DNA of 64,000 nt from Cetorhinus maximus (GCF_964194155.1 NC_135891.1:67208001-67272000), one strand, 5' to 3'. Counted from the stretch's first letter, positions 1 to 12,450 are shown. The notes: a model not told the origin generated them from the letters alone. Numbers and translations are program-made.

Positions 1-425
1 GCATTTGCTCACCTTTCAAGCTTGAGGCAGAAATAGAGCACATCAAAGCTGTTCTGCAGAACATTGGTTATCTTGATCTGATCATTGTTTGCTATGTATT
101 GCTCAAACTTGCAAATGGACCAAAAGTTGTCATTTTTGGACCTGAAAAATGCCCAGTCCATCTCAAATTACCTTGGAAATGCAAATTATCTCCAAAATTT
201 GAACAACATGTTAAGCAAGCTAAAAGCAAAATATTGCGGATGCTGGAAACCTGAAACAAAAACAAAAAATGCTGGAAAAACTCAGCAGGTCTGACAGCTT
301 CAGTGGAGAGAAAAACAGAGTTAACGTTTTGAGTCCATATGACTTTTTCAGAGCTAAATGTTAAGCAAGCTGTTTCACGCTGTCGCTATACAGTGGCTAT
401 GCAAGTGATATTTTCCACTAACAAA
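1..425 (+). mobile_element. Penelope-like element (Poseidon-type) RT C-terminal/linker remnant, interrupted by a younger PLE terminus
   Basis: Reads ICSPFKLEAEIEHIKAVLQNIGY...GPEKCPVHLKLPWKCKLSPKFEQHVKQA and resumes after the insert as VKQAVSRCRYTVAMQVIFST; resembles the PLE thumb/linker (ICS..L..E...I...L..NGY; LPW). Confidence 0.6.
222..357 (-). mobile_element. Short Penelope-like 3' terminus with 14-bp TSD
   Basis: Carries the recurrent motif tgctggaaaaactcagcaggtctgacagc; flanked by the direct repeat atgttaagcaagct at 208-221 and 358-371. Confidence 0.85.
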
Positions 426-714
426 ATTACAGTAATGGTCCCAAGCAGAATGCACTTTATATAGATATATGTATTTTATGTGGATCAATAAGGAATTAAT
501 AGTTCATTCACCGTGTTATATATTTGCATTAATCTTCATGATACCTGTGAACATAAACAGCTACTTTCCAAAATGATTTACACCTAAAAGCTTTGTGGTG
601 GACGTGTAGAGAATACGTTCTAGAATGTCCCTGAGAGTAACTTCCAATTATAGTACTTGCTTTTGAAGCAACTTTCCTTCTTGTTTGAATCTTCATCTTC
701 ATAACAAAATGCTC

Positions 715-911
715 TTAGTCCTCAAGGTACCAGTGCGGCTGTATAGTTGCTGAGGTTTGATCAAGTACGCGATTCCTGTACCAGTGCTCCATACACTTTA
801 CAGTCAGAGGGGATGTTGACATTTCGAATTTATTGGCAAACATATCTGGCTGTGCAATGATCCATTTTAGATCTCTGAGTCCATACACACAGATATCATG
901 GAAATAATGTC
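715..911 (-). CDS. GCNT7: GCNT7-like beta-1,6-N-acetylglucosaminyltransferase, last coding exon
   Basis: Acceptor ttttcag| at 912; translates (G)HYFHDICVYGLRDLKWIIAQPDMFANKFEMSTSPLTVKCMEHWYRNRVLDQTSATIQPHWYLED*. Contains the GT14 C-terminal motifs ICVYG..DL and FANKF. Phase 1, in frame with exon 2. Confidence 0.93.
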
Positions 912-1304
912 CTGAAAAATAAAGACATCCTTTAATAAAGTGCTGATCTTCAGTACGCTACAGCAAAGCTGATAATCTGAGACTGGTAGCTCAATTGTTT
1001 AAACACATGTAGTACCTTATTTCTATCTGCAATTCTCCTGCATAGGAGAGAGCCTTGCACAATGTGAACTTGCACTTGCATACAGAGTTCCTCTCCCAAA
1101 AGTTAAAATTTAACTGTTTTAAGGAATGTCCACACAAAAACAGCACGTTAATTTATAATCCCAGTTCAATGCTGTACAGGAATTATATTCCTTGCAGTAT
1201 TAAGCTATGCAATGAAGGACAGCTTGCTTCAGAGAATCTTGTTCTGTCTTACTTTGGATTGGACCACGACTCCAGAACTGTTAAATTACAATTCAGTGAA
1301 GATG

Positions 1305-1460
1305 CTTAGGAGCATATGGATTAGGAGCAGGAGTAGGCAAGTCGACCCCTTGAGACTGCTCTGCTATTCAATAAGATCATGAATGATCTGATTGTAACTT
1401 CCCGCCTACTCCCGATAACCTTTCACATTCTTGTTTATCAAGAATCTATCTACTTCTGGG
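1305..1460 (-). mobile_element. CR1 LINE 3' UTR fragment
   Basis: ttaggagcaggagtaggc...ctgctctgctattcaataagatcatg, same tail as 32780-32940. Confidence 0.7.
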
Positions 1461-1548
1461 GGAAGTAGAGACATGTGCGCACACAAGCACATAAACACCT
1501 TAAGACGCTTTGACAATAAAATAGGGTTAAGCATTCTCTGCTTCTTAC

Positions 1549-1644
1549 CATAACATTCATCAAGTGATGGTCCTGCAATAGGTGCCCATTTTACTGCCCG
1601 TATATTGCCTTCCCATGAAACATTTGGAGTTGTACCAGGTGCAT
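1549..1644 (-). CDS. GCNT7: GCNT7-like, coding exon 2 (96 nt)
   Basis: Acceptor tttctctccag|, donor |gtaaga; translates (D)APGTTPNVSWEGNIRAVKWAPIAGPSLDECY(G). The PG..P...W.GN.RA.KW motif matches exon 2 of GCNT2/GCNT7-type genes; phase 1 at both ends. Confidence 0.93.
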
Positions 1645-1762
1645 CTGGAGAGAAATGAATAACAGGATTTTCTTAAACAGTATATACCCCAAAATGCCCT
1701 TAAAAATTTCTTTATTTAAACAACATGGAAAGAACATTTTTCCCTACATTGTGGGGTGGTGG

Positions 1763-1982
1763 TGTGAATTGTATAAATTAAGGTTAAGTGCCTACAGATG
1801 GGGGACTGTCAGTAGATAATTACTGGATATGTGCATATATAAAGAGACACTTATTGACACTGGTGGTGGAGTTGTAGAGTTAGGAGCCATACATTTGTAA
1901 TGTCAATTTTGTGAATACATCTTAAACTGTGTGAAGATTGACTTCTGGTTTCCTTCACCAACTGGCTATGAGATGTGTAATA
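1763..1982 (+). repeat. 5' LTR of the Copia element
   Basis: tgtgaattgtataaatt...ccaactggctatgagatgtgtaata, colinear with 7642-7853. Confidence 0.8.
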
Positions 1983-2000
1983 TGGAAGCAAAGGATGGTT
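1983..2000 (+). promoter_or_regulatory. Primer-binding site for tRNA-iMet (degenerate)
   Basis: tggaagcaaaggatggtt is 16/18 identical to TGGTAGCAGAGGATGGTT, the complement of the initiator tRNA-Met 3' end, and lies immediately after the 5' LTR. Confidence 0.85.
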
Positions 2001-4918
2001 GTCTAAAGGTAAAGGTTAGAAGCTAAGATTTTTTTTAAGACAGAAGATTACATTCTGAGTAGCTTTTGTAAAGAATGGCTGAAAACAAGTGTAAATTGTC
2101 AGGGTATGATTACCTAATGTTCTCAGAGTCTGAATCTTATGACCAGTGGAAGAATGAAGTCAATATGTGGGCCTGGTTTACATCTCTACCAAAGAGGAAA
2201 CAAGGTATGGCCTTGGCATTGTCAGTTCCTAACAAAAGTAAAATCAGAAGCCAAGTATTTTTGGTTGGATATGGATGAAGGTTTGGCTCTTCCATTAGGT
2301 TTCATAGATGAAATTTACTAAAAAGATGATCTATTGAATGCCTACCTGACATGGTCAGATTTTGGTAGATTTCAAAGGACGGACAGTCATTCCATGGAGA
2401 ATATTTCATAGACTTTAACGGACTGTATAAAGGATTGCAGAAATTCCATTTGGAGATTCCTTGTTCAGTGCTTTCATTTAAATTATTGGATTGTGCTAAG
2501 GTATCAAACATGAACAGGCTTCTGGTCTTAACTGGCATTTGGTTCTCGGAAAGAGACTAACTCTTGGAGCAGATGGCTGGGGCCTTGGAAAAATTCCTGA
2601 GAAAGCATTCCTTTCCAGCAGCCTTGATGGCACGAGTGGGACATTCTGCAGTGCCACTAAGGATGGAGGAGCCAATGATTGTGGCATTTCAAGATGGTCC
2701 AGATACTGGTTGCAGCTGCCAGCACAAAGGAAGAGCTAAAGACGGAGGCAATGAGCATGTACTTTTGGCAGAATTGGATACCTCAGTAGATGACAGGATT
2801 GGAGCAGCAATACTAGGTGAATGAACCCCTGGAATGCATGGGGAACAATTAACAGATACTTCACATGTGACTCAAAAATATCATTATGCGATGAATGCCC
2901 AAAGCAGAACAGCAGAGTTCTCGAAGTGACATATGACACAGACAATTCAGAGGCTGAAGACGACAATGATCAGTCTGAAGGAATTGTACTACTCACAAGA
3001 AGCTTTAGTCTGGTGATGAGTGTATTAGTCGCAGATTCATTTAACTGTGCAGTGTTGAATAGTGGTTGCACCTTGGCAGTGTGTGTGGAACGGATTGGCT
3101 AAAATGTTATCTAGGTTCACTCAGTGGTGAGGATGGCATACGGTCAGGAAGTATGAAAGTTCTACTTGTTTTAGGTTCGGGCATGACAACACATTGAGGC
3201 CACTAAAAAGTTTGGCGGTGCTATGCAAAACAGCAGCAGTAGGCTAGTACTAATGTAGTCTCCAATGAGATACCTTTGCTGTTAAGTAAGCCTTCCATGA
3301 AAAAAGGCACAAATGGAACTGAACCTGGAGTATGCTAAATCAATTGTTTTTGGAAGGTCAGTGGACCTCCAGTTTTCCCAATCAGGGTGTAATTGTATCC
3401 CTTTAATGAAACCTTCTGTTTCTAATCAAAATATTAGAAAAGTGTTAAAGGCATCAGGTGATATTGTCTTAAAGCTGCATCGACAATTTGCTCACCCTTG
3501 TTAAAGACTAAAAATGCTGTTAAAGGATGTGGGTGCGGTTAATGAGGAGTATACAAGGCTTATCGAAATTAGTGCAAAATTTGAAATACGAAAAGGTATC
3601 GGCACAGACAGCATGTCCTATTGAAAGACTTCCATTGGCACATGATTTTAATGAGAGAGTTGCTGTAGCTCTAAAGGTATGGGACAAAGACTGAAATATT
3701 TACATTTTACACTTTATAGACATGGTAACCAGATTTAGTTTTCAACAGTAATGTATGGCAAGGACGAAAGGTAATTGTAGGTAAAGTCCAAGAGAAATGG
3801 ACAGGGACTGGACTTGGAGCACTGACTTTCTGACTGATGTTGGAGGGGAATTTGCTAATGACAACTTTAGAGATGTGCGAAAATATGAACATTGTGGTTA
3901 TGAAAGTCCTTTCAGCAGTGGAACCTGTGAAAGGAATCACATGGTGGTAGATGATATGCTGCATAAAATCTTAGCAAAGCAACCAAACTTCAAGTTGATG
4001 ACTGCACTGGCATGGGCGGTTCTTGCTAAGAATTTAGGTGGTTGGAGGGTATAGCCCTCATCAATTGGTCTATGGGAGGAATCCCAAATTACCTTCTGTG
4101 CTGGGCCGCAGAGGGAACTATGATTCGTTTCATTTTTTCTGCACGTTTTGAATGCTATACATGCAGGAAAAAAGGCTTTCATCACAGCTGAGATCTCGGA
4201 GAAAATTTAGAGAGCTCCAATGCATCGCATAAGACAGTCTGAGATCATCTTTGATTCTGGGGATCTTGTGTATTACAAAAGAGGGAGCCATAAGGAATGG
4301 AAAGATCCTGGTAAGGGAATTGATGGTAAAACGGTAGTTATCCAACATGTTAATCAAACTATTAAGGTTCATTCCTCACAGTAAATCAGGATTGATTACA
4401 AACCCTCAATCTGAGCAGCTAATAGAAAGTGATGAGGCATCCTGTACCTCACATATTCATGTGTTTAGAAATAGATCAATGTTGAATGGTGGTAGGCTGA
4501 GTGATCATGACAGACAGGATAGTTCTATCACATCCAAAGGCCATTTGCCTAAAGTGGGCACTTGGATGACATATGTTCCAGAAGAGTCCAGTGAATGGAG
4601 TGATACAACTAGCATGGGCGATGCAGGAAAAGCTACTGGCAAGTTTAATTATTGGTTAAATGTTCAAGATGATGGCCAAGAGTTGAGGTCTGTGGACTGG
4701 CAGAATGGGGTAAAAGAATAGAAAGTAAGAAAGCACAGTTCAAGTTCTAATAGTGGGCCTTTAAATAACACTGTTAGAAGACTATCACGTATTGGAGAGT
4801 CTCCAATTGTTTAAGAGAGGATTTTACAGTATTTGTCCCAAGAAACATTGAAGTGCAAGTAGAGACTGAAGCTTGAATAGATTACACAATGCAGTGAGGG
4901 CTCCAGACAGTCTTGAGA

Positions 4919-6026
4919 TGGTCAAGAAGGTAAGAGGCCATGGGATCCAGGGCATTTTGGCAAATTGGATCCAAAATTGCCTTAGTGGCAGGAGGCAGAG
5001 GGTGATGGTCGATGGTTGTTTTTGTGACTGGAAGCCTGTGTCCAGTGGCATGCTGCAGGGTTCGGTGCTGGGTCCCTTGCTGTTTGTAGTGTACATTAAT
5101 GATCTAGACATGAATGTAGGAGGTATGATCAGTAAGTTCACAGATGACACAAAATTGGTGGTGTGGTAAATAGCGAGGAAGAAAACCTTAGACTGCAAGG
5201 CGATATAGACTGACTGGTAAGATGGGCAGAGCAGTGGCAAATGGAATTTAATCCTGAAAAGTGTGAGGTGATGTATTTTGGGAGGACTAACAAGGCAAGG
5301 GAGTACACGATGAATGGTAGGACCCTAGGAAGTACAGAGGACCAGAGGGACCTTGGTGTATATGTCCATAGATCCTTGAAGGCAGCAGGACAGGTAGATA
5401 AGGTGGTTAAAAAGGCACATGGGATACTTGCCTTTATTAGTCGAGGCATTGAATACAAGAGCAGGAAGGCTATGATGGAGCTAGTTAGTTAAGCCACATC
5501 TGGAGTAGTGTGTGCAGTTCTAGAGTTCTGTGTGCAGATCTGTAATTGCACTAGAGAGGGTGTAGAGGAGATTCACCAGGATGTTGCCTGGGCTGGACCG
5601 TTTCAGCTATGAAGAGAGACTGTGTAAGCTGGGATTGTTTTCCTTAGAGCAGAGAAGGGGGAACCTGATTGAGGTGTACAAAATTATGAGGGGCATAGAT
5701 AGGGTAGATGGGAAGAAACTTTTCCCCTTAGTGGAGGGGTCAGTAACCAGGGGGCATAGGTTTAAGGTAAGGGTCAGAAGGTTTAGAGGCGATTTGAGGA
5801 AAATCTTTTTCACCCAGGGGGTTATCTGGAACTCACTACCTGAAAGGGTGGTAGAGGCAGGAACCCTCACAACATTTAAGAAGTATTTAGATGAACACTT
5901 GAAACGCCATAGCATACAAGGCTATGGGCCAAGTGCTGGAAAATGCGATAAGAGTAGATAGGGGCTTGATGACCGGTGTGGACACGATGGGCCAAAGGGC
6001 CTCTTTCCGTGCTGTAAAACTCTATG
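4919..6026 (+). mobile_element. 5'-truncated CR1 LINE inserted between Copia integrase and RT
   Basis: RT motifs QGSVLGPLLFVVYINDL, FTDDTKL, FNPEKCEVM, YEERL..LGLFSLEQRR, followed by a CR1 3' UTR. Confidence 0.92.
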
Positions 6027-7620
6027 GGACTAGAAGCAGATGTCTTTGTGACTGTGAGGTTTTGGTGGCTGCAATAAACTGGAAGGTAAACTATAAAGAG
6101 AGGCAAAACAAAAGTCATTAGATAGTTGGAAGGAATTTGGAGTTTATTCTGAAGTACCAGATAAGGGACAGCCTACCTTGTGTTGTTTGGAAAAGGTCTT
6201 TGCAGATGGGACTTAGAAGGCTAAAGTGAGTCTAGATGCTCACGATTTGAAGAGTGGGCGGTACAGATGTTAGAGCGGACTCTCCCACAGCGGGAAAAGT
6301 AACCCTTTTGGCTCTTTTAGCCCCATATTTTTGGGAATGTAGATCAATTTACATAAAAGCCACGTTACTGCAGGGTGAAAAATTTGAGAGAAGTGTTTCT
6401 GAAACTTTCTAAAGAGGCAAGCGATGCAGAGGGGAAACTGTGGAAACTAAAATGCATTTATGGCCTGAATGATGCCTCAAGGATGTGGTATTTTTCAGTG
6501 AGATCTGTTTTGCTGAAAGTAGACTATGTTCAACTAAAAGCAGAGATCGCACATGTTTTATTGGTACCCAAAAGGGAAACTTTCAGGCATCTTCATGATG
6601 CATGTTGATGATTTCTTATGTGGTGATCCGATGGAATTTGAGAAATGTGTTATTAATTGGATTAAAGTGGAATTTAAGATTGGAAGTCAGGCTTCAGGGG
6701 CTTTTAAATATATTGGTTTAGACATTAAGCAGAATATGTCTGGATTAACTTTGAATCAGCAACCCTATTTAAGGAGTGTTACTCCTCTCCTGGTTAATCG
6801 TGCTAGGTATCAAAGAAAGATTATGTCGCATCTAGTGGAGAAACCGAGCAGTTGCAAAGCTTGATTGGTCAGTTGAATCGGTTATGCACTTGGACAAGAT
6901 GCTAGTTTTGATGTATTGGGACTAAGTACTACAATGCAGCATCCTAAAGTCGATGATGTTTTAAGGGAAAATAAACATTTTTAAAATTAAATATGGAAAA
7001 ATATTTACTCAGTTTCCAGCCTTGGGGGACCCAAAAGACATGAAATTACTCTTTTTTTAAAGGCACTTCTCATGCCAGTCGTCCAGATGGATATTTGAGT
7101 ATTGCTAGGTTTATGATATTTTTGGTAAGTGAAAATTGGAAATGCTGTCCTTTGGCCTGAGAAGCTAAGAAAATAAAATGGGTTGTTAAAGGTACTTTAG
7201 CAGCAAAAACACTGCTTTTTGTGGAAGCAGTGGATATGGAATTCTATTTGTCAAATATTTTAGAGGAAATTGAAAAGGGTGCACTGAAAACAGTTTGCCT
7301 GTTGAATGTTACCTAAATAATTGTTCTTGTAGGATAATGTTCACTCAACAAAAAGTGTGTGAGAAAAGATTAAGGACTGATCCTGCTAGCATGAAATAAA
7401 TGTTAGAAAAAAAGGAAACCTCCAAGATCAAATGGATTGATGCAAGTCATCAATTATCTAATTGTTTCACGAAAAGCGAGGGCTTGTACCAAAAGATTAT
7501 TGGGGGTCCGAGAAGTGGGGCATTTTCTAATGAGATGCTTTATAGAAAACAATGAAAATCATTTTATTCCTCTTTGATTTATTTTGAAATATTGTTTGTG
7601 AGTGTTATTTAGTTTTATTT

Positions 7621-7853
7621 AGAGAAAGAAAAAAGGGAACCTGTTAACTGTATAAATTTAAATGTCTATAGGTAGGGGCACTCATTGGATAATTACTTGC
7701 CCACATATAATGAGACAATTGTTGACACTGCTGAAGGGTACTTGTGGTGTTTGAAGCTATACATCTGAAATGTCTCACTTTGTGAATAAATCTAAAACTG
7801 AGTAAAAATTGACTACTGGTCTCCTCTTCCAACTGGCTGCAAGATGTGTAATG
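7621..7853 (+). repeat. Polypurine tract (7621-7640) and 3' LTR (7642-7853) of the Copia element
   Basis: agagaaagaaaaaaggga, then tgttaactgtataaattt...aataaa...ccaactggctgcaagatgtgtaa. Confidence 0.8.
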
Positions 7854-10274
7854 GGGTGGGGAAGTGATGGCAAGTAAACAGACAAAATGTAGATAAAAAC
7901 AGACACAGTGGCTGTATAAGGTGGCCAGATTTACCCAAAAACTCTAAATTTTTTCAAAGATGCAAGAATTCAAAAAAATGTGTCCAAAAAAGTCACTGGA
8001 GGATAGCTAAAATGAAAACAGAGAACAGAGAGAGTAGACAGCAGCAGTCAGTGGAATCAAAATGAAGATTAAACATGAATTGGAAAGGGTCATTGTACCC
8101 ATCAAATGGGTTCTCTTCACAAACTATTTGCAATGCACTCTCATTTTGAACTTAACCTAACTTATTCAGTCTCCACAGAAAATATTACCCTGGCTAGCAA
8201 AGGTGAATCAAGCAAAACGTTTCTATTCTCGGCATCCTTGGTGAAAGGTTCATGATCTCATCAACTCAGGAACCATCATAATCCATAAAATCTTTCAATC
8301 CTTGGCCTCCATATTTTAACACTCAACCATGTTCTGAACTAAACCTTTATCCTTTTTTCCAAAAATGTTTTTAGTAACTTGTCATTGACTATGGTTCATT
8401 TATTTACTCTGAACTTGGAGCTATAGGACAGGAGTACATAATTAATGAGCCTCAAATAACAATGGAATGTTGAAGAGTCACCCATCCCAGCTCCCTCCAA
8501 ACATGTGTGTAATAATACATTTGTAGAATAGACTCTGTTTAAGTGAGCAAGTTGGAACACTATCTAGTAGGAAAAATTACTGAGTGTTATCGGGCAAGTA
8601 TATCTATAGGTGAAAATATATTAGACTAGAGAGACCTGAGCGAGAGTTTGAATCCTGCCAAGACTGGCTGATCTGCAATTAGTTAGGTTGCAGTGCCAAA
8701 GCAATGGTGAAATAATAGAGAATGCCATCACTATTGCTGTTAAAATCGTAGGAAATTATGGCGTTAGTGAATAACAGCAATGCCATAGTTTGCTGAGATA
8801 TCAGTACTGCTCTGCTGGAACAATTGGCAAAATCTGGAAAGGGTCATGTCAAGGTCCAATTTGTTGCATTTAGGCCCGTTTGATTGCCACTTTAAAACGT
8901 CAGCTTGGAAAGGCACTCGAGAGTTGGGCTCAATAAATCAGTTACTGCTGGGACAATCGTGAGATAGACAATTGATTAAATTTAAACGTAGTGTAGCAAA
9001 AGATGACGTAGTGATACTGCTGATCTTTCAATAACAATATAATGGATATCTGGTCCCAAGGGTGCAAAAATTATACACAATCCATGGGTTGCTTTTAAAA
9101 ATGATAATTACTTTATTCCTACAAAGACCAACCAAGTTATTGAAAGTACTGACTTTTGATAATAATCACCACTTCCTTTTCAGAATTAAACTCAAATTTA
9201 CCTTTAGAAATGTTGAACCAATTGCAGAGGTATAGTTAAATTCTAATTACACTTCTGATTTGGCCATGCTCATTTAGGATTTATGAAATAACAACGTCCT
9301 AGGATGTAACTGCAAAAGTATATTTCAAGAATATCACAAAACAATTTAATATACTAATTTAGAAGAACAGTTGAACAGTAGCACCACTGTCTCTGAATGA
9401 ACCAGCCCTATGCATATGGTTTCTCTGACTAGAGTTCTAGCTAACACTGCTTGAAAACTCCTTGGATCACCATTACTAGCTCTGTGCATATGATGATTTT
9501 CTCAGGGAATCTTGGCTTTGGATCAGAGTAGGAACAACAATCATACTTGTGACAATCGGCGCTAATAACACCAACACAGTAAATTCTGAGCCATAATATT
9601 AAAGTCTCCTGCCTGCTCTGGCTAATAAAAACCCCAAGTGAAATGAATGTCAACCTAGTTCCTAAGGGGCAGTTTGTTAACAGTACAAAACTGCTACATA
9701 TTGGTACATCAGAGAGGACAAATGTAAGAAATAAAAATATTTTTTTATTCATCTAGTTGAGGGTGAATATTACTGAAAAAGGAGCACCTGTACACTTTGA
9801 GTGCCTGGTGTGCAAGTGGTTTAATTTATGTTACAAGGTAGGAATGTACGTACAGTATAAAACCACAATGCTCAGCACTACATCCACAGTCCAAATCTGA
9901 TAGTGCACTTCTACTTATCTGTTGGGCATTCTTGTTTCCTACATTTTATCTTTCTGACACCGCCAGCTAATTTGTATCATTTTGTTCTGTTAACAAATTG
10001 CCTGTTTGAGACTTTGTTCCCTTTATGCAGACCTGAGAACAGACTTTGATATTAACACTTTTTTTTGATAACTATGCAGCCCAAGTGCAGGCTGAATATC
10101 GGCTGCAAGCTGGGCACGCTACCCTCAATGACTGGTTTATGTTCCTGGGACATGAAACCTGGGAAGTGTTTGTTTCTAAAAAGTACCCCAACACGTTCAG
10201 CTCCATTATCCATAAGAAACCTTTCACTTAATGTCTAATTAGCGATTAGTCAAGCTGACTTTTTTTGAGCTTAC

Positions 10275-11238
10275 CCTTTAAGCGATTCAGTGTCACCCAG
10301 TAATGTTCATCAGGGCTGTATGTGTCCTGGGACCACTCGAGAAGTGCTTTGGCATATGCATCTTCTAGTACAAATTGCACAAATTTTCTTGTGAGTGCAT
10401 AGTATGCCGTTCCAAAATAAATAGTGAGCTCCAATGGTGGTTCGGTTTTCTTCTGGTTAAGTTGATAAATGTAAGCGTTACCATTATTGATCTCCTCTTT
10501 GTAACTGTACTTTGTCCTGTATTTCATATTTGGTGGTTGCCGTGTTCCTGGTGTGATATTCTTACCCTCCCATTTACTTTTGATGTGCCAAATGATTTCC
10601 TGGTTAGTTTTAATTGGGAAATCTTGTCCACAGAGGTTGATGACATGCTTCCATTTAACTCTTGAGTTTACAAGATCTTTCATACAATTTATGTCTGCTT
10701 GCAGGCGTGAAAATCCAGCATAAATTACACGTTCTAATTTTGAAGCTATAAAGATATTATCAAAGCAGTCAGTCAAGCTCTTTACCTTTCTCTTGTAATC
10801 TTCTGGTGACTTCTGGTCAATATGAATGCAATAAACATTTTGTGGATTATAAATTGCTCGCAGAAGTTTTACAAACATTTCAAGTTCTTTGTGAATAGTG
10901 ATAATGTAGGCTAGGGGATAGCTGGCTTCTTCTTGTGACAGAATGCTTGTTATGAAGTGATGTTCTTGTTTGATTTGGGAGCAGTTAACTGGATCTTGAA
11001 TGTGAAATGTTTCTGGCTTCCACTGCTTTTGGCAATTGTCTCCAAGTTGGTATGCTTCCTCCTCACCATTTAAAATTGCAGGACAGTATCTACTGAAATT
11101 GCATTGAGACCCACTGTTGCTGTTTTTTTGCACAGTAGCATTCTTAGCATAATATAAAAATATGGTGACTGCTACATATATGATTACACCTATTAGAAGA
11201 GTTGACCCGAAGTACTTTTTCACTCTAGATCTGGTCAT
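10275..11238 (-). CDS. GCNT7: GCNT7-like, large first coding exon (type II membrane GT14 / Branch domain)
   Basis: N-terminal TM segment (LLIGVIIYVAVTIFLYY), then YPLAYIITIHKE, RAIYNPQNVYCIHID, RLQADINCM, VINLCGQDFPIKTN and SPDEHYWVTLNR (catalytic Glu intact). Donor AAGG|gtaagc at 10274, so the ORF-track tail KLKKSQLD is intronic. An upstream acceptor tctttgcag| at 11306 implies a 67-nt 5' UTR in this exon and a further upstream non-coding exon. GCNT7 rather than GCNT2 is judged from the IITIHKEL and KWEGKNITPG motifs, from memory. Confidence 0.9.
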
Positions 11239-11740
11239 ATTAAAGTTTTAACCCTCTGTCAGAAACCATGTCGCAGTTGAGTTGCCAGCTTTCCTGTCTG
11301 TTTATCTGCAAAGAATGATAGCAGGGTTAATGACCTGTTTCGTTTACCTTAAATGCAGCATGAATAAAAAGTTAATATTTTGGATATTGAATTAGATGTA
11401 AAGAGTTGATTACTGCTAATTTCAAGGCACTATATTGTGTTGGATTATATGATCTTAGTAAGGGTAGGATTCAGGTGTGGCAAATACCTGCAGTGTTCAG
11501 GCAGTTCAGTGATCTATACTTGAATATGTGTGCTCTGTGATATAGGGTGAAGACAAGATTTGACTCTCTTGTTGCCCCTTGGTTAAATAAACCAATGACT
11601 TAATCTTCAGGAAAAGACATCAGAAAATTGAGGGGTTTGAAAAAGAGCAATAGTGATCAGTTCTTTCTCCCATTTAGTTATAACCATTTATTTAAGTATA
11701 TTTAATATAAATTTAGCAAGACATAAACTTCACTAGATCT

Positions 11741-12450
11741 TCAATGGCAGGAGCAAGGCTGAATCCCACACTTCTAACATTCTGGGCATTACCATTGACC
11801 AGAAACTGAACTGGACCACACATGTAAATACTGTGGCTACAAGAGCAGTTCAGAGGCTTGGAATCCTGCAGTTAGTAACTCACCTCCTGACTCCCCAAAG
11901 CCTGTCCACCATCTACGAAGCACAAGTCAGGAGCATGATGGAATACTCTCCATTTGCCTGGATGAATGCAGCTCCCACAGCGCTCGAAAAACTTGACACC
12001 ATAAAGGACAAAGCAGCCCGCTTGATTGGCACCCCGCACATCCGCCACCTTCAACATTCACTCCCTCCGCCACTGATGTACAGTGGCAGCAGTGTGTGCC
12101 ATCCATGAAATGCATTGCTGCAACTCAACAAGACCTCTTTGACAGCACCTTGCAAACACGTGACCTGTGCTGCCTAGAAGGACAAAGGCACCAGATTCAT
12201 GGGAACACCACTGCTGCAAGTTCCCCTCCAAGCCACACACCATCCTGACTTAGAAATATATCGCCTTTCCTTCACTGTCGCTGGGTCAAAATCCTGGAAC
12301 TTCCTTCCTATCAGCCCTGTGGGTGTACCTACATGCATGGCTTGCAGCAGTTCCAGAAGGCGGCTCACCACCATCTTCAATGGCAATTGGGAATGGGCAG
12401 TAAATGCAGGCTTCGCCAGTGATGTCCACATCCCGTGAAAGAATAAAAAA
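11741..12450 (+). mobile_element. LINE 3' fragment, 'family B' (CR1/Jockey-group, distinct from the amniote-type CR1)
   Basis: QRLGILQLVTHLLTPQSLSTIYEAQVRSMMEYSPFAW; tail gatgtccacatcccgtgaaagaataaaaaa. Same family at 28697, 38290, 42610 and 44675. Confidence 0.85.

Larger units (their letters stand above)
1763..7853 (+). mobile_element. Full-length decayed Ty1/Copia LTR retrotransposon (GalEa-like)
   Basis: Order: gag (YDQWKNEV..W...LPKRKQGMALAL), protease (AVLNSGCT), integrase (LHRQFAHP; TDVGGEFAN; SPFSSGTCERNH), RT (LWKLK.IYGLNDASRMWY; HVDDFL), RNase H. Integrase before RT is the Copia order. Two related LTRs, PBS and PPT present; many stops and frameshifts. Confidence 0.9.

Noticed and set aside
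1758-7859. Exact 5-bp TSD for the Copia element
   Set aside because: Both flanks are G-rich (ggtgg upstream, gggtggg downstream), but the register is ambiguous by one base, so it is not claimed.
10246-10274. ORF-track C-terminus KLKKSQLD* implying a single-exon 330-aa protein
   Set aside because: A canonical donor at 10274 and two in-frame downstream exons complete the GT14 domain.
11306-11360. Minus-strand donor-like AAG|gtaaac at ~11347 as the end of the upstream GCNT7 exon
   Set aside because: It would leave a ~42-nt intron, too short to be plausible in a vertebrate.
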